This document shows positions 17,700 to 27,118 of a stretch of DNA of 32,000 nucleotides, in pieces. Position 1 is the first letter of the stretch. Each line of letters opens with the position of its first letter. Below the pieces are notes generated by a model. It did not search any database, was not told the origin of the DNA, and saw nothing but the letters and a program-made list of their open reading frames with translations. This DNA comes from an uncultured bacterium (GTDB lineage: Bacteria; Auribacterota; JACPWU01), in NCBI GenBank assembly GCA_964640155.1, contig CAZXEQ010000008.1, forward strand, positions 1 through 32,000, in the 5' to 3' direction. A program made the translations under genes and the position numbers.

Positions 17700-18896
17700 A
17701 TGGAAAAAGTAGTTCTTGCGTATTCCGGTGGATTAGATACTTCAGTTATTTTGCATTGGTTGAAATTCGAAAAGGGCCTGGATGTTGTTGCATATGTCGC
17801 AGATTTAGGTCAGGAAAGCGAGCTTGATAATATCAGCGAACGCGCTATGGCAACAGGTGCTTCGAAAGTGGTGGTCGCTAATTTGCAAGAGCCTTTTGTT
17901 AGAGATTTTATTTTCCCTATGATTAAAGCCAATGCAGTTTATGAAGGCCAATATATGATGGGAACTTCCATTGCACGTCCTATCATTGCTCAGGAACATG
18001 TCGATGTTGCTCATCGAGTGAAAGCAAAATATGTAGCTCACGGCTCGACGGGTAAAGGAAATGATCAAGTCCGATTTGAATTAACCTATATGGCTTTGGA
18101 TCCTTCTTTGAAAATTATTGCGCCTTGGCGAGAATGGGATTTTGAATCTAGGACAGACCTCATCGACTATGCAAAGAGACATCGTATTCCTGTTCCTGTT
18201 ACAAAAGCCAAGCCTTATTCCAGCGATCGCAATTTATTTCATATCAGCTTTGAAGGTGGTGTTTTAGAAGATCCCTGGGCTGCTCCTCCTGATGACATGT
18301 TTAAGTTGACGGTAAGCCCAGAAAAAGCACCCAACAAATCCGAAGAAGTTGAGATTGAATTTAAACAAGGTACACCCATTAAAGTAAATGGCGTATCCTT
18401 GAAACCCCATGAACTTTTGAAAAAATTAAATGCTTTAGCAGGTAAACATGGTGTGGGCCGAATTGATGTGGTGGAAAATCGTTTCGTAGGGATGAAATCT
18501 CGAGGTGTTTATGAAACTCCTGGAGGAACGGTTCTTCTTTTGGCACATCGTGCAATTGAAAGCATTACGTTGGATCGTGAAGTGATGCATTTAAAAGATA
18601 GTTTAATTACAAAATATGCAGAACTTGTTTATTATGGGTTTTGGTTTTCTCCTGAAATGAAGCTTTTAAACTCAATGATTGAAGAATCTCAAGAAAATGT
18701 AACAGGTACGGTTCGTTTGAAGCTTTATAAGGGGAATTGCATGGTGCTTGGACGAAAGTCTCCTAAAACACTTTATCTTAAAAATCTTGCAACTTTTGAA
18801 GGTGGTAGTTTGTATGATCAAAAAGACGCTACTGGATTTATTCGATTGAATGCTTTGAGGCTTAAATTACAAGCCTTAAGGGATAAGGAAAAGTAG
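17700..18896 (+). CDS. argG: Argininosuccinate synthase
   Basis: [12 protein letters not shown]-PPase motif, [32 protein letters not shown] prefer ATG 17700 ([11 protein letters not shown]; AAGAGAG SD 8 nt upstream) over the track TTG at 17694. Confidence 0.95.
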   Translation: MEKVVLAYSGGLDTSVILHWLKFEKGLDVVAYVADLGQESELDNISERAMATGASKVVVANLQEPFVRDFIFPMIKANAVYEGQYMMGTSIARPIIAQEHVDVAHRVKAKYVAHGSTGKGNDQVRFELTYMALDPSLKIIAPWREWDFESRTDLIDYAKRHRIPVPVTKAKPYSSDRNLFHISFEGGVLEDPWAAPPDDMFKLTVSPEKAPNKSEEVEIEFKQGTPIKVNGVSLKPHELLKKLNALAGKHGVGRIDVVENRFVGMKSRGVYETPGGTVLLLAHRAIESITLDREVMHLKDSLITKYAELVYYGFWFSPEMKLLNSMIEESQENVTGTVRLKLYKGNCMVLGRKSPKTLYLKNLATFEGGSLYDQKDATGFIRLNALRLKLQALRDKEK

Positions 18897-18898
18897 AA

Positions 18899-20308
18899 AT
18901 GGCTTCTTCAAAAAAGCAGACCCAAAAGAATGGTGAACAAAAAAAAATGTGGGGCGGTCGTTTTTCGTCTGAAGCACATCCCTTAATGGAAAAGTTAAGC
19001 GCATCTGTTCATTTTGATCAAAGGCTGGCTTCTTATGATATTCAGGGGTCTATCGGTCATGCAAAAATGCTAGAGAAAAGCGGCATTTTATCCAAGTCTG
19101 AAACTCAGAAAATCATTCAAGGCCTACAAGGCATTTTATCTCAAGTGCAAAAGGGAAAATTTTATTGGGATGAAAAATTAGAAGATGTTCATACCAATAT
19201 TGAAGTTGCTTTACGTGAAAAAATAGGGCAAACCGCCAGCCGTCTTCATACGGCTCGCAGTCGAAATGATCAGGTTGTTTCAGATATGAGACTTTATTTA
19301 AAAGATGAGATTCATAAAATCTCTCATCTTCTTCATTTGTTTATGAAGTCAATCTGGGCACTTGCTCATAAAAATCAAAGTCTGATTATTCCGGGCTATA
19401 CACATTTGCAAAGAGCTCAACCTGTTTTGGTTGCTCATCATTTAATGGCTTATCTGGAGATGTTAGAGCGAGACGTTACTCGTTTAGAAGATGCAAGTGA
19501 TCGTTTAGACAGTCTTCCTGCAGGTTCTTGTGCTTTGGCGGGAACTTCCATGCCCATTGATAGAGAATTTTTGATGAATGAACTAGGATTCAAGCGTATT
19601 TGTGAAAACAGTATGGATGCAGTAAGTGATCGTGATTTTGTGATTGAAGTAGCCTCAGACCTTGCCATTTTAGGGGTCCATTTATCTCGAATATCAGAAG
19701 AGTTGATTCTTTGGTCTAGTTTTGAATTTAATTTTGTGGAGCTTCCAGATGCTTTTACAACAGGATCAAGTGCTATGCCACAAAAAAAGAATCCGGATGT
19801 GTTTGAACTTATTCGGGGTAAATCAGGTCGTTTGATTGGAAATCTTACAAGCCTTTTGGTTTTGCTCAAAGGACTGCCTTTAACCTATAACCGAGATTTA
19901 CAAGAAGATAAAGAGCCTCTGTTTGATTCTATTGATACGGTTAAACAGTCTCTTGAAATTTTGACAGCACTTTTCCCTGACATTCAATTTCGTCTTGAAT
20001 CTTTAAAGGAAAAAGAAGATTTTACATCGAGTATGGATTTAGCCGAATATTTAGTTCAAAAGGATATTCCTTTTCGTCAGGCACATGAAATTGTGGGGCA
20101 GGTGGTTCTTCATTGTCTTGAACAAAAGAAAACACTTCGGGAACTTTCGTTAAAAGATGTCCGAAAATTCTCTCCAAGTTTTGAAGAAGATTTTAAAAAG
20201 ATTTTAGGCTGGGAAGCATCGGTTAAAGCTAAAAAATCTCTAGGAAGTACAAATCCTGCTTTTGTTCGAATGTCGCTTGAAAAGTGGGGAGAAAAACTTA
20301 AAATATGA
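18899..20308 (+). CDS. argH: Argininosuccinate lyase
   Basis: 469 aa. WGGRF N-terminus, TARSRNDQV, and the fumarate-lyase signature GSSAMPQKKNPD. Confidence 0.95.
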   Translation: MASSKKQTQKNGEQKKMWGGRFSSEAHPLMEKLSASVHFDQRLASYDIQGSIGHAKMLEKSGILSKSETQKIIQGLQGILSQVQKGKFYWDEKLEDVHTNIEVALREKIGQTASRLHTARSRNDQVVSDMRLYLKDEIHKISHLLHLFMKSIWALAHKNQSLIIPGYTHLQRAQPVLVAHHLMAYLEMLERDVTRLEDASDRLDSLPAGSCALAGTSMPIDREFLMNELGFKRICENSMDAVSDRDFVIEVASDLAILGVHLSRISEELILWSSFEFNFVELPDAFTTGSSAMPQKKNPDVFELIRGKSGRLIGNLTSLLVLLKGLPLTYNRDLQEDKEPLFDSIDTVKQSLEILTALFPDIQFRLESLKEKEDFTSSMDLAEYLVQKDIPFRQAHEIVGQVVLHCLEQKKTLRELSLKDVRKFSPSFEEDFKKILGWEASVKAKKSLGSTNPAFVRMSLEKWGEKLKI

Positions 20309-21558
20309 TGCACGATTTTCACTATCTACAAGATATTTTGTATTGCGAAGATGTTCCTTTGCCGGACATTGCCGAGAAAGTAGGCACTCCTGTTTACGTC
20401 TATAGCAAAAAAACATTGGTAGAACATTTTAGAAAGTTAGATGCTGCTTTCAAGAGTGTGGATCATCTTATTTGTTACTCGGTTAAATCAAATTCAAATC
20501 TTGCAGTATTAAAAGTTTTAGCTGATGAAGGATCCGGTTTTGATATTGTCTCAGAAGGAGAGCTGTATCGAACTTTGAAGGTGGGTGCTAAGTCACAAAG
20601 AATCGTTTTTGCGGGAGTTGGGAAAACAGATCAAGAAATTGAAAAAGCTTTACAACAAGACATTTTATTTTTTACCGTAGAATCTTTTCCTGAATTGGAT
20701 GCCATTAATGCTGTTGCAACTCGAATGGGGAAAAAGGCTCCGATTGCTATTCGTGTCAATCCCGATGTTGATCCTAAGACGCATCAATATACTTCTACGG
20801 GAAAAGCAGAAAATAAATTTGGTTTAGATATTCAGTCGGCAATGGAGGCTTATCGCAAAGCATTGACATTGCCTGCTATTAAAGCTTGTGCGGTTCATAT
20901 GCATATTGGATCTCAAATTGTTGAAACGGGTCCTTATCAGCAAGCTGTTGGAAAAATTCTCCCCGTCATTCAAAAATTAAAAGATATGAAAGTTCCTCTT
21001 GAAATCCTAGATATTGGAGGAGGATTAGGAATTGTTTATAAGGAAGAAACCCCTTCCACAGCAGAGGCTTTTGCCAAAGCAGTGCTTCCTCTTATTCAAG
21101 GATTGAAGCTTAAGATTTTGATTGAGCCGGGTCGATTTATTGCAGGAAATGCAGGTGCTCTTCTGACAAAGGTATTATATCTTAAAGCCAATTCAGTGAA
21201 AAATTTTGTAATTGTGGATGCAGGTATGAATGATTTAATCCGTCCTAGTCTTTACGGAGCATATCACGGGATTTTTCCAGTTCATCATCATGGGCTAGGA
21301 AATGTTGTCTCGGATGTTGTAGGACCCATTTGCGAATCTGGAGATTTTTTTGCAAAGGATCGAAAACTTCCTTCTATTGAGCCTGGAGATTTGTTGTCGA
21401 TTATGTCAAGCGGGGCGTACGGATTTTCTATGGCTTCAAATTATAACTCCAGACCCAGACTTGCTGAAGTGATGGTTGATGGTAAAAACTTTCAAATCGT
21501 TCGAGAACGGGAAAATCTAGAAGATCTCATTCGTGGTGAAAAAATCCTTTCAAAGTGA
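20305..21558 (+). CDS. lysA: Diaminopimelate decarboxylase
   Basis: 417 aa. PLP-Lys context YSVKSN, HMHIGSQ, GGGLGI, CESGD. 4-nt overlap with argH. Confidence 0.93.
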   Translation: MMHDFHYLQDILYCEDVPLPDIAEKVGTPVYVYSKKTLVEHFRKLDAAFKSVDHLICYSVKSNSNLAVLKVLADEGSGFDIVSEGELYRTLKVGAKSQRIVFAGVGKTDQEIEKALQQDILFFTVESFPELDAINAVATRMGKKAPIAIRVNPDVDPKTHQYTSTGKAENKFGLDIQSAMEAYRKALTLPAIKACAVHMHIGSQIVETGPYQQAVGKILPVIQKLKDMKVPLEILDIGGGLGIVYKEETPSTAEAFAKAVLPLIQGLKLKILIEPGRFIAGNAGALLTKVLYLKANSVKNFVIVDAGMNDLIRPSLYGAYHGIFPVHHHGLGNVVSDVVGPICESGDFFAKDRKLPSIEPGDLLSIMSSGAYGFSMASNYNSRPRLAEVMVDGKNFQIVRERENLEDLIRGEKILSK

Positions 21559-21640
21559 TATAATTTCTCTCCTTGTATAATTTCTGTTTTTTTTTGATGT
21601 AGGCCTTATTTAGAATTGATTTAAATTAAGGAGTTTTTCT

Positions 21641-22510
21641 ATGTTTCGTGGTTCCATGGTGGCGTTGGTTACACCTTTTCGAAAAGGGAAGGTAGATAAA
21701 AAAGCTTTGGAGCATTTGGTTGAATTTCATATTCAAAATGGGACAAAAGCTCTCGTTCCTTGCGGAACGACTGGAGAATCTCCAACTTTAAATCATGAAG
21801 AGCATCGGCTTGTGATCGAGATTACTGTAAAGGCTGCAGCAGGACGTATTCCTGTTATTGCTGGAACCGGGTCGAACTCTACAATAGAAGCCCTTGAATT
21901 AACAAGAGACGCAAAAAAAATAGGCGCTGATGGGGCGTTGGTGGTGGCTCCTTATTATAATCGGCCCACACAGGAAGGTCTTTTTCAACATTTTGCCTCT
22001 ATTGCAGAAACAGTTCGGTTTCCTATTGTGATTTATAACATCCCTGGCCGAACAGGTGTGAATATTTTGCCAGAGACATTTCAGAGATTAGCCCAGTTTG
22101 AAAATATTGTGGGAGTTAAAGAGGCCAGTGGAAGTTTAGATCAAATGAGTCAAATTATGGCCGTGGCACCATCCATTGCAATGATCTCAGGAGATGATTC
22201 TTTAACTCTGCCGATTCTGGCCATTGGAGGTGTAGGGGTCATTTCTGTTCTTGCGAACATTGTCCCTAAAGAAATTCAAGACATGATTGATGCATGGGAC
22301 ACAGGGGATATTGAGGAAGCTAGAAATATACATTTTAAACTTTTTTCTTTATGTAAAGTTTTATTCAGTGAAACCAATCCTACGCCGATTAAGGCAGCAA
22401 TGGCATTGATGGGGCTTATTTCTGATGAGATTCGACTTCCTCTTGTTAAAATGAGTGAAGGAAATCGAAAAGCGTTGGAGAAAGAGCTTAAAAAATTAAA
22501 GCTTATTTAA
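21641..22510 (+). CDS. dapA: 4-hydroxy-tetrahydrodipicolinate synthase
   Basis: 289 aa. GS.VALVTPF, GTTGES, YNRP, IYNIPGRTG, and Schiff-base Lys context VGVKEASG. AAGGAG SD 8 nt upstream. Confidence 0.95.
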   Translation: MFRGSMVALVTPFRKGKVDKKALEHLVEFHIQNGTKALVPCGTTGESPTLNHEEHRLVIEITVKAAAGRIPVIAGTGSNSTIEALELTRDAKKIGADGALVVAPYYNRPTQEGLFQHFASIAETVRFPIVIYNIPGRTGVNILPETFQRLAQFENIVGVKEASGSLDQMSQIMAVAPSIAMISGDDSLTLPILAIGGVGVISVLANIVPKEIQDMIDAWDTGDIEEARNIHFKLFSLCKVLFSETNPTPIKAAMALMGLISDEIRLPLVKMSEGNRKALEKELKKLKLI

Positions 22511-22532
22511 CATTTAGATTACGGGTTCATTT

Positions 22533-23348
22533 ATGAGTTCAAAAATTAAACTAGCGATGAACGGTGCTTGTGGAAAAATGGGCCGCCAAATTATTGCCTG
22601 TGCAGCTCGTGATGAAAATTTTGAAATTATCGGTGCTATTGATCATGCGCAAAGTCCTTTTTTGGGAAAAGATATTGGTGAATTAACTGGAGTAGGGGCT
22701 TTAGGCGTCAAGGTAAAGGCCCAATTTGATGTAACTGGTAAGCCAGACGTCATTATAGATTTTTCAACAGTAGAATCTTCTAAAAAACTTCTTCATTTTG
22801 CAGAGAATTCATATATTCCTCTTGTTATTGGTACAACAGGGTTTTCTGAAAATGAAGAAGCTTTTATCAAGAATTTTTCAAAAAAAATTGCATGCGTCAA
22901 ATCGCCCAATATGAGTGTGGGGGTGAACTTGTTGTTTCTTTTAGTTAAAGAAGCAGCAAAGCTTCTCGGCGATCAATACGATGTTGAAGTGATTGAAGCA
23001 CATCATCATCTCAAAAAAGATGCACCCAGTGGAACAGCTAAAAAACTTGTAGAGATCTTGGCGGAAACTTTAGATCGTGATTTAAAAAAAGATATTGTGA
23101 CAGGTAGGGACGGAATGGTTGGAGAGAGAAATAAAAAAGAGATTGGAGTTTTTGCTATTAGAGCAGGTGATATTGTTGGAGATCATACTGTTCTATTCGG
23201 AGGTCCTGGGGAACGTTTAGAGCTTATTCATCGTGCGCACAGCAGAGAAACCTTTGCACAAGGGGCTCTCAGAGCGGCAAAATTTGTTGTAAAAGCTAAG
23301 CCTGGACTTTACAGTATGCAAGATGTGCTAGGAATTGGGATTAAATAG
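22533..23348 (+). CDS. dapB: 4-hydroxy-tetrahydrodipicolinate reductase
   Basis: 271 aa. G..GKMGR N-terminus, DFS, SPNMS.GVNL, and the signature EAHHHLKKDAPSGTA. Confidence 0.95.
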   Translation: MSSKIKLAMNGACGKMGRQIIACAARDENFEIIGAIDHAQSPFLGKDIGELTGVGALGVKVKAQFDVTGKPDVIIDFSTVESSKKLLHFAENSYIPLVIGTTGFSENEEAFIKNFSKKIACVKSPNMSVGVNLLFLLVKEAAKLLGDQYDVEVIEAHHHLKKDAPSGTAKKLVEILAETLDRDLKKDIVTGRDGMVGERNKKEIGVFAIRAGDIVGDHTVLFGGPGERLELIHRAHSRETFAQGALRAAKFVVKAKPGLYSMQDVLGIGIK

Positions 23349-23393
23349 TTTTTATTTATAATAATTTAACCTTAAATACTGAATTGATAAATT

Positions 23394-24563
23394 ATGAAAT
23401 CATTTGAATTTGCTGATCGATTGAAAAAATTACCACCTTATCTCTTTGTCGAAATTGACCGGGCAAAGCGTAAAGCTATGAGCGAAGGTAAAGATATTAT
23501 TGATCTGGGCATTGGAGATCCAGATATTCCAACGCCGGAGCCCATTATAGAAGCTTTGAATAGCGCTGCTCATGATCCTAAAAATCATCGCTATGCGCTT
23601 GATGCAGGATTAAGTGAGTTTCGTAAATCAATTGCTGAATGGTATCAGAAGCGTTTTAACGTTCTATTAGATCCTGAAAAAGAAGTTTTACCTTTAATCG
23701 GTTCCAAGGAAGGAATTGGTCATCTTCCTTTGGCCTTCATTAATCCTGGAGATAAAGTTCTCGTTCCAGAACCAGGTTATCCTGTCTATCAGTCCGGAAC
23801 ATGGTTTGCAGGAGGAGAACCTGTCTACATGAGTCTTTTAGAGAAAAATCATTATTTGCCAGATCTGGATTCGCTTTCAAAACAGGATTTATCCAAAGTT
23901 AAACTCATGTTTTTGAATTATCCAAATAACCCCACAGGAGCGGTAGCGTCTTTAGATTTTTTTAAGAAAGTAGTTCGATTTGCAAACGAAAGAAACATCA
24001 TTGTTTGCCATGACGCGGCCTACACAGAAATTTATTATGAAAATAAACCTCCAAGCTTTTTACAAGTTGAGGGTGCAAAGGAAATAGGGGTTGAGCTTCA
24101 TTCTCTTTCTAAAACTTATAATATGACGGGATGGCGCATCGGGTTTGCGGTTGGAAATGCTCTAGCTTTACAAGGGCTAGCAAAAGTTAAATCAAATCTT
24201 GATTCTGGAATTTTTCAAGCAATTCAATGGGCCGGAATTTGCGCTCTTTCTTTGAGCGATAGTGATCGTGCTCCTCTCTTAAACACTTATCGAGAAAGAC
24301 GGGATGTTTTATTAAAAGGTTTGAAAGATGCAGGATGGAAGGTCAGTCCTTTGGAAGCTTCTTTTTATGTCTGGGCAAAAGTGCCAGAAGGCTACGATTC
24401 CAAAAGTTTAGCTCTAAAGTTATTGGAAGAAACTGGCATTGTAGCCACACCTGGGGTTGGTTTTGGAAAAAGCGGAGAAGGATATATTCGTTTTTCCCTG
24501 ACTGTTCCAGTTAAACGTATTTATGAAGCGGTCACACGACTAAAAAGTGTAGTATTGGTATGA
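23394..24563 (+). CDS. dapL: LL-diaminopimelate aminotransferase (class-I aminotransferase, DapL-type)
   Basis: 389 aa. N-terminus RLKKLPPYLFVEIDRAK, NYPNNPTG, and PLP-Lys context SLSKTYNMTGWRIG. It sits directly after dapA-dapB, and no dapD/dapC/dapE are in the cluster. Confidence 0.8.
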   Translation: MKSFEFADRLKKLPPYLFVEIDRAKRKAMSEGKDIIDLGIGDPDIPTPEPIIEALNSAAHDPKNHRYALDAGLSEFRKSIAEWYQKRFNVLLDPEKEVLPLIGSKEGIGHLPLAFINPGDKVLVPEPGYPVYQSGTWFAGGEPVYMSLLEKNHYLPDLDSLSKQDLSKVKLMFLNYPNNPTGAVASLDFFKKVVRFANERNIIVCHDAAYTEIYYENKPPSFLQVEGAKEIGVELHSLSKTYNMTGWRIGFAVGNALALQGLAKVKSNLDSGIFQAIQWAGICALSLSDSDRAPLLNTYRERRDVLLKGLKDAGWKVSPLEASFYVWAKVPEGYDSKSLALKLLEETGIVATPGVGFGKSGEGYIRFSLTVPVKRIYEAVTRLKSVVLV

Positions 24564-25075
24564 GGGCTTATATCGGCATAGGTTCAAATCTTGAAAATCG
24601 TTTAGAGCATTTTCAAAAAGCTGTTTCTCTTCTTTCAGGAATTGCAGGACTTGAAATCCTGGCTACATCAAGTATTTATGAAACCAGTCCTGTTCTCTGC
24701 GAAGGAGGTTTTTTTTATAACGCAGTTTTAGAAGTTGAAAGTTCTTCAAATCCTATTGAATTAATGAATCATCTTTTAAGTGTTGAAAAAAAGATGGGAA
24801 GACAAAGAGAAAAAAATCAACAGGCAAGAGTAATTGACCTGGATTTATTGATAAGCGAGAATCAAATTTTCAAAGAAACAATTTTAATTTTACCTCATCC
24901 TCGCATGCATGAACGAAGATTTGTATTAGAACCTATTTGTGAATTAAATCCTAAGCTCGTACATCCGATTCTTAAAAAAACTTTTGGAGAGCTTTTAATT
25001 GACTTAAACGATAATCATTCTGTTAAGAAGCTATTTCGGTTTCCATTAAATTTGAAAAACAAGCGTGTTGCATGA
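24560..25075 (+). CDS. folK: 2-amino-4-hydroxy-6-hydroxymethyldihydropteridine diphosphokinase (HPPK)
   Basis: 171 aa. AYIGIGSNL, R.IDLDLL, LPHPRMHERRFVLEP. 4-nt overlaps with dapL and panB. Confidence 0.9.
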   Translation: MRAYIGIGSNLENRLEHFQKAVSLLSGIAGLEILATSSIYETSPVLCEGGFFYNAVLEVESSSNPIELMNHLLSVEKKMGRQREKNQQARVIDLDLLISENQIFKETILILPHPRMHERRFVLEPICELNPKLVHPILKKTFGELLIDLNDNHSVKKLFRFPLNLKNKRVA

Positions 25076-25875
25076 ACTCAAAAACAACTATTGAAAAACT
25101 TTTGAGCAAAAAGAAGTTAGGAGAAAAAATTACAGCCTTAACGGCTTATGATTTTTCTATGGCACAAATCATTGATGAATCTGGGATTGATGTAATTTTA
25201 GTGGGAGATTCATTAGGAATGGTTGCCTTAGGATTGGAGAATACTTTAAAGGTAACAATGGAGGATATGCTTCATCACACCAAGGCTGTGAGCAGAGGGA
25301 TAAAAAATAGTTTGCTGGTGAGTGACATGCCTTTTTTATCTTATGGAGTGTCTCAAGAAAAAACTTTAGAAAATGCTCAAAAGTTTCTTCAAGAAGGTGG
25401 TTCTCAAGCAGTGAAAGTAGAGGGTGGAGGAGAAACCATTTTAGGTGAAATAAGAAGAATGGTAGATCTTGGGATTCCTGTATTGGGTCATATTGGAATG
25501 CTCCCTACGCACATTTATACTGAAAGCAAATACCATGTTTATGGAAAAGATGAAAAATCTAAAGATGGTTTAATGCGTGATGCCTTAGCGCTTGAACAAG
25601 CAGGTGTGTTCGGGATTGTTTTAGAATGTATTTCAAGTGATACGGCCAAAGAAATTACAACGCAGGTAAAAATTCCAACTATTGGCATTGGCGCTGGACC
25701 TCATTGTGACGGACAAATTCTTGTGAGTTATGATATGTTGGGACTTTATGAAAAAATACAGCCCAAATTTGTTAAGCGCTATGCGGATCTGGGTAAAGCA
25801 ATGAAGGAAGCTTTTGGAAGTTATATCAATGATGTGCAGAATAAGAAGTTTCCAGGGAAAGAACAGAGCTATTAA
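25072..25875 (+). CDS. panB: 3-methyl-2-oxobutanoate hydroxymethyltransferase
   Basis: 267 aa. LTAYD, VGDSLGMV, KVEGG, and GIGAG..CDGQ.LV motifs. Confidence 0.95.
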   Translation: MNSKTTIEKLLSKKKLGEKITALTAYDFSMAQIIDESGIDVILVGDSLGMVALGLENTLKVTMEDMLHHTKAVSRGIKNSLLVSDMPFLSYGVSQEKTLENAQKFLQEGGSQAVKVEGGGETILGEIRRMVDLGIPVLGHIGMLPTHIYTESKYHVYGKDEKSKDGLMRDALALEQAGVFGIVLECISSDTAKEITTQVKIPTIGIGAGPHCDGQILVSYDMLGLYEKIQPKFVKRYADLGKAMKEAFGSYINDVQNKKFPGKEQSY

Positions 25876-25908
25876 CCACAGGTGTTGGTCATCCGAATAG
25901 GATAAATT

Positions 25909-26754
25909 ATGGAAGTTATACGAACGATTCGAGCAATGCAAGAATTTAGCTCTCGTCAGAGAGCTCAGGGCAAAACGATTTCTTTTGTTCCCACCATGGG
26001 GGCTTTGCATGAAGGGCATGTTAGTCTTTTAAGAAAAGCTAGAAAACAAGGGAATTGCTTGGTTTTAAGCATTTTTATAAATCCTATTCAATTTTCAGAT
26101 TCTAGAGATTTAAAGGCTTATCCTAAAATGATGAACAAAGATCTCCATTTGGCTCAAGCGCATCATGTGGATGTTGTTTTTTGTCCTTCTGCAAAAGAGA
26201 TGTACCCAAAAGATTTCTCTACAAATGTTGAAGAGAGGAAATTGTCTGCAGGGCTTTGTGGTAAAGATCGTCCGGGGCATTTTAAAGGTGTGACAACTGT
26301 TGTGGCGAAGTTATTTAATATTGTTCAACCCCATATTGCTTTCTTTGGTCAAAAGGATGCTCAGCAGGCTCTTGTGATTCAAAGAATAGTAAGAGATTTA
26401 AATTGGGATATAAAAATTCAAATTTTACCTATTGTGAGAGATATGGATGGTCTGGCGCTTTCTTCGCGCAATGTTCGACTTTCTGCTAAAGAACGACAAG
26501 ACAGCCTGTCTTTAAGCGAAGCTTTGTTTATGGCTAAAATGATGATTTCTGGCGGAGAGCGAAAAAGTCAAAAGATTATTCAAAAAATGGAAAAGTTAAT
26601 TAAGACAAAAAAGTCGGCACAAATCGATTATTTAGATATCGTTTCTTCTGATACACTGGAACCCATAAAAATCCTGAAAGGGAAAGTTTTGATTGCTTTA
26701 GCAGTGAGATTTGGGAAAGTACGGTTGATTGATAATTTGAACATTGAAGTATAA
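25909..26754 (+). CDS. panC: Pantoate--beta-alanine ligase
   Basis: 281 aa. FVPTMGALHEGH HIGH-type motif, FGQKD.QQ, and SSRN. Confidence 0.95.
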   Translation: MEVIRTIRAMQEFSSRQRAQGKTISFVPTMGALHEGHVSLLRKARKQGNCLVLSIFINPIQFSDSRDLKAYPKMMNKDLHLAQAHHVDVVFCPSAKEMYPKDFSTNVEERKLSAGLCGKDRPGHFKGVTTVVAKLFNIVQPHIAFFGQKDAQQALVIQRIVRDLNWDIKIQILPIVRDMDGLALSSRNVRLSAKERQDSLSLSEALFMAKMMISGGERKSQKIIQKMEKLIKTKKSAQIDYLDIVSSDTLEPIKILKGKVLIALAVRFGKVRLIDNLNIEV

Positions 26755-26764
26755 GAGGTTATTC

Positions 26765-27118
26765 ATGCTTAGGACGCTTTTAAAATCAAAGATTCATGGC
26801 GCTACTGTTACACAAACTAATTTGCGTTATCGGGGAAGTATTACGGTTGATGAGGCCTTGCTTGAGGCTGCCGATATTTTGCCCTACGAGAAAGTGCAAG
26901 TCGTAAATATAAATAACGGTGCCCGTTTAGAAACCTATATTATGGTAGGCAAGAGAAATTCTGGGATTATTGGAATGAATGGGGGAATGGCTAGATGGGG
27001 TTGTGTCGGTGATACTGTCTTGATTATAACGTATGCTCAGATGGACTCTTTAGAAGCCAAAAAGCATAAGCCTAAAATTATTTTGGTAAATGATCAAAAT
27101 AGACCTGTCAAGAAATGA
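26765..27118 (+). CDS. panD: Aspartate 1-decarboxylase (pyruvoyl-dependent)
   Basis: MLRTLLKSKIHGATVT canonical N-terminus from ATG 26765. The self-cleavage site is G-S in YRGSITVD. The track TTG at 26744 would overlap panC and add a non-conserved extension. Confidence 0.93.
   Translation: MLRTLLKSKIHGATVTQTNLRYRGSITVDEALLEAADILPYEKVQVVNINNGARLETYIMVGKRNSGIIGMNGGMARWGCVGDTVLIITYAQMDSLEAKKHKPKIILVNDQNRPVKK

Noticed and set aside
19450-19869. 139-aa antisense ORF inside argH. Similar antisense or shadow ORFs occur at 607-810, 1721-1918, 2868-3095, 4956-5243, 5645-5902, 8342-8527, 10466-10807, 11293-11553, 12275-12505, 12817-13041, 13421-13612, 14242-14487, 14536-14748, 14950-15159, 16305-16493, 17135-17317, 17805-18068, 20110-20322, 27745-27933, 27964-28146, 30593-30775 and 31043-31375.
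   Set aside because: All lie wholly or largely within strongly supported, motif-bearing genes, on the opposite strand or in another frame. Their products are low-complexity or Cys/Ser/Phe/Leu-rich with no recognisable motif, as expected for shadow ORFs in AT-rich DNA.
21559-21640. Possible lysine riboswitch, terminator or promoter in the lysA-dapA gap.
   Set aside because: The 82-nt spacer is far too short for an L-box. The T9 run is not preceded by a hairpin. TAGAAT at 21611-21616 lacks a correctly spaced -35. Only the TATAATTTCT direct repeat (21559-21568 and 21576-21585) is real, and I see no function for it.
25633-26019. 128-aa minus-strand ORF bridging the panB end and the panC start.
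   Set aside because: It overlaps two well-supported plus-strand genes, has no motif, and has no plausible RBS.
26744-26764. TTG start at 26744 for panD.
   Set aside because: It would overlap panC and add 7 residues before the canonical PanD N-terminus MLRTLLKSKIHGATVT. I prefer ATG 26765.
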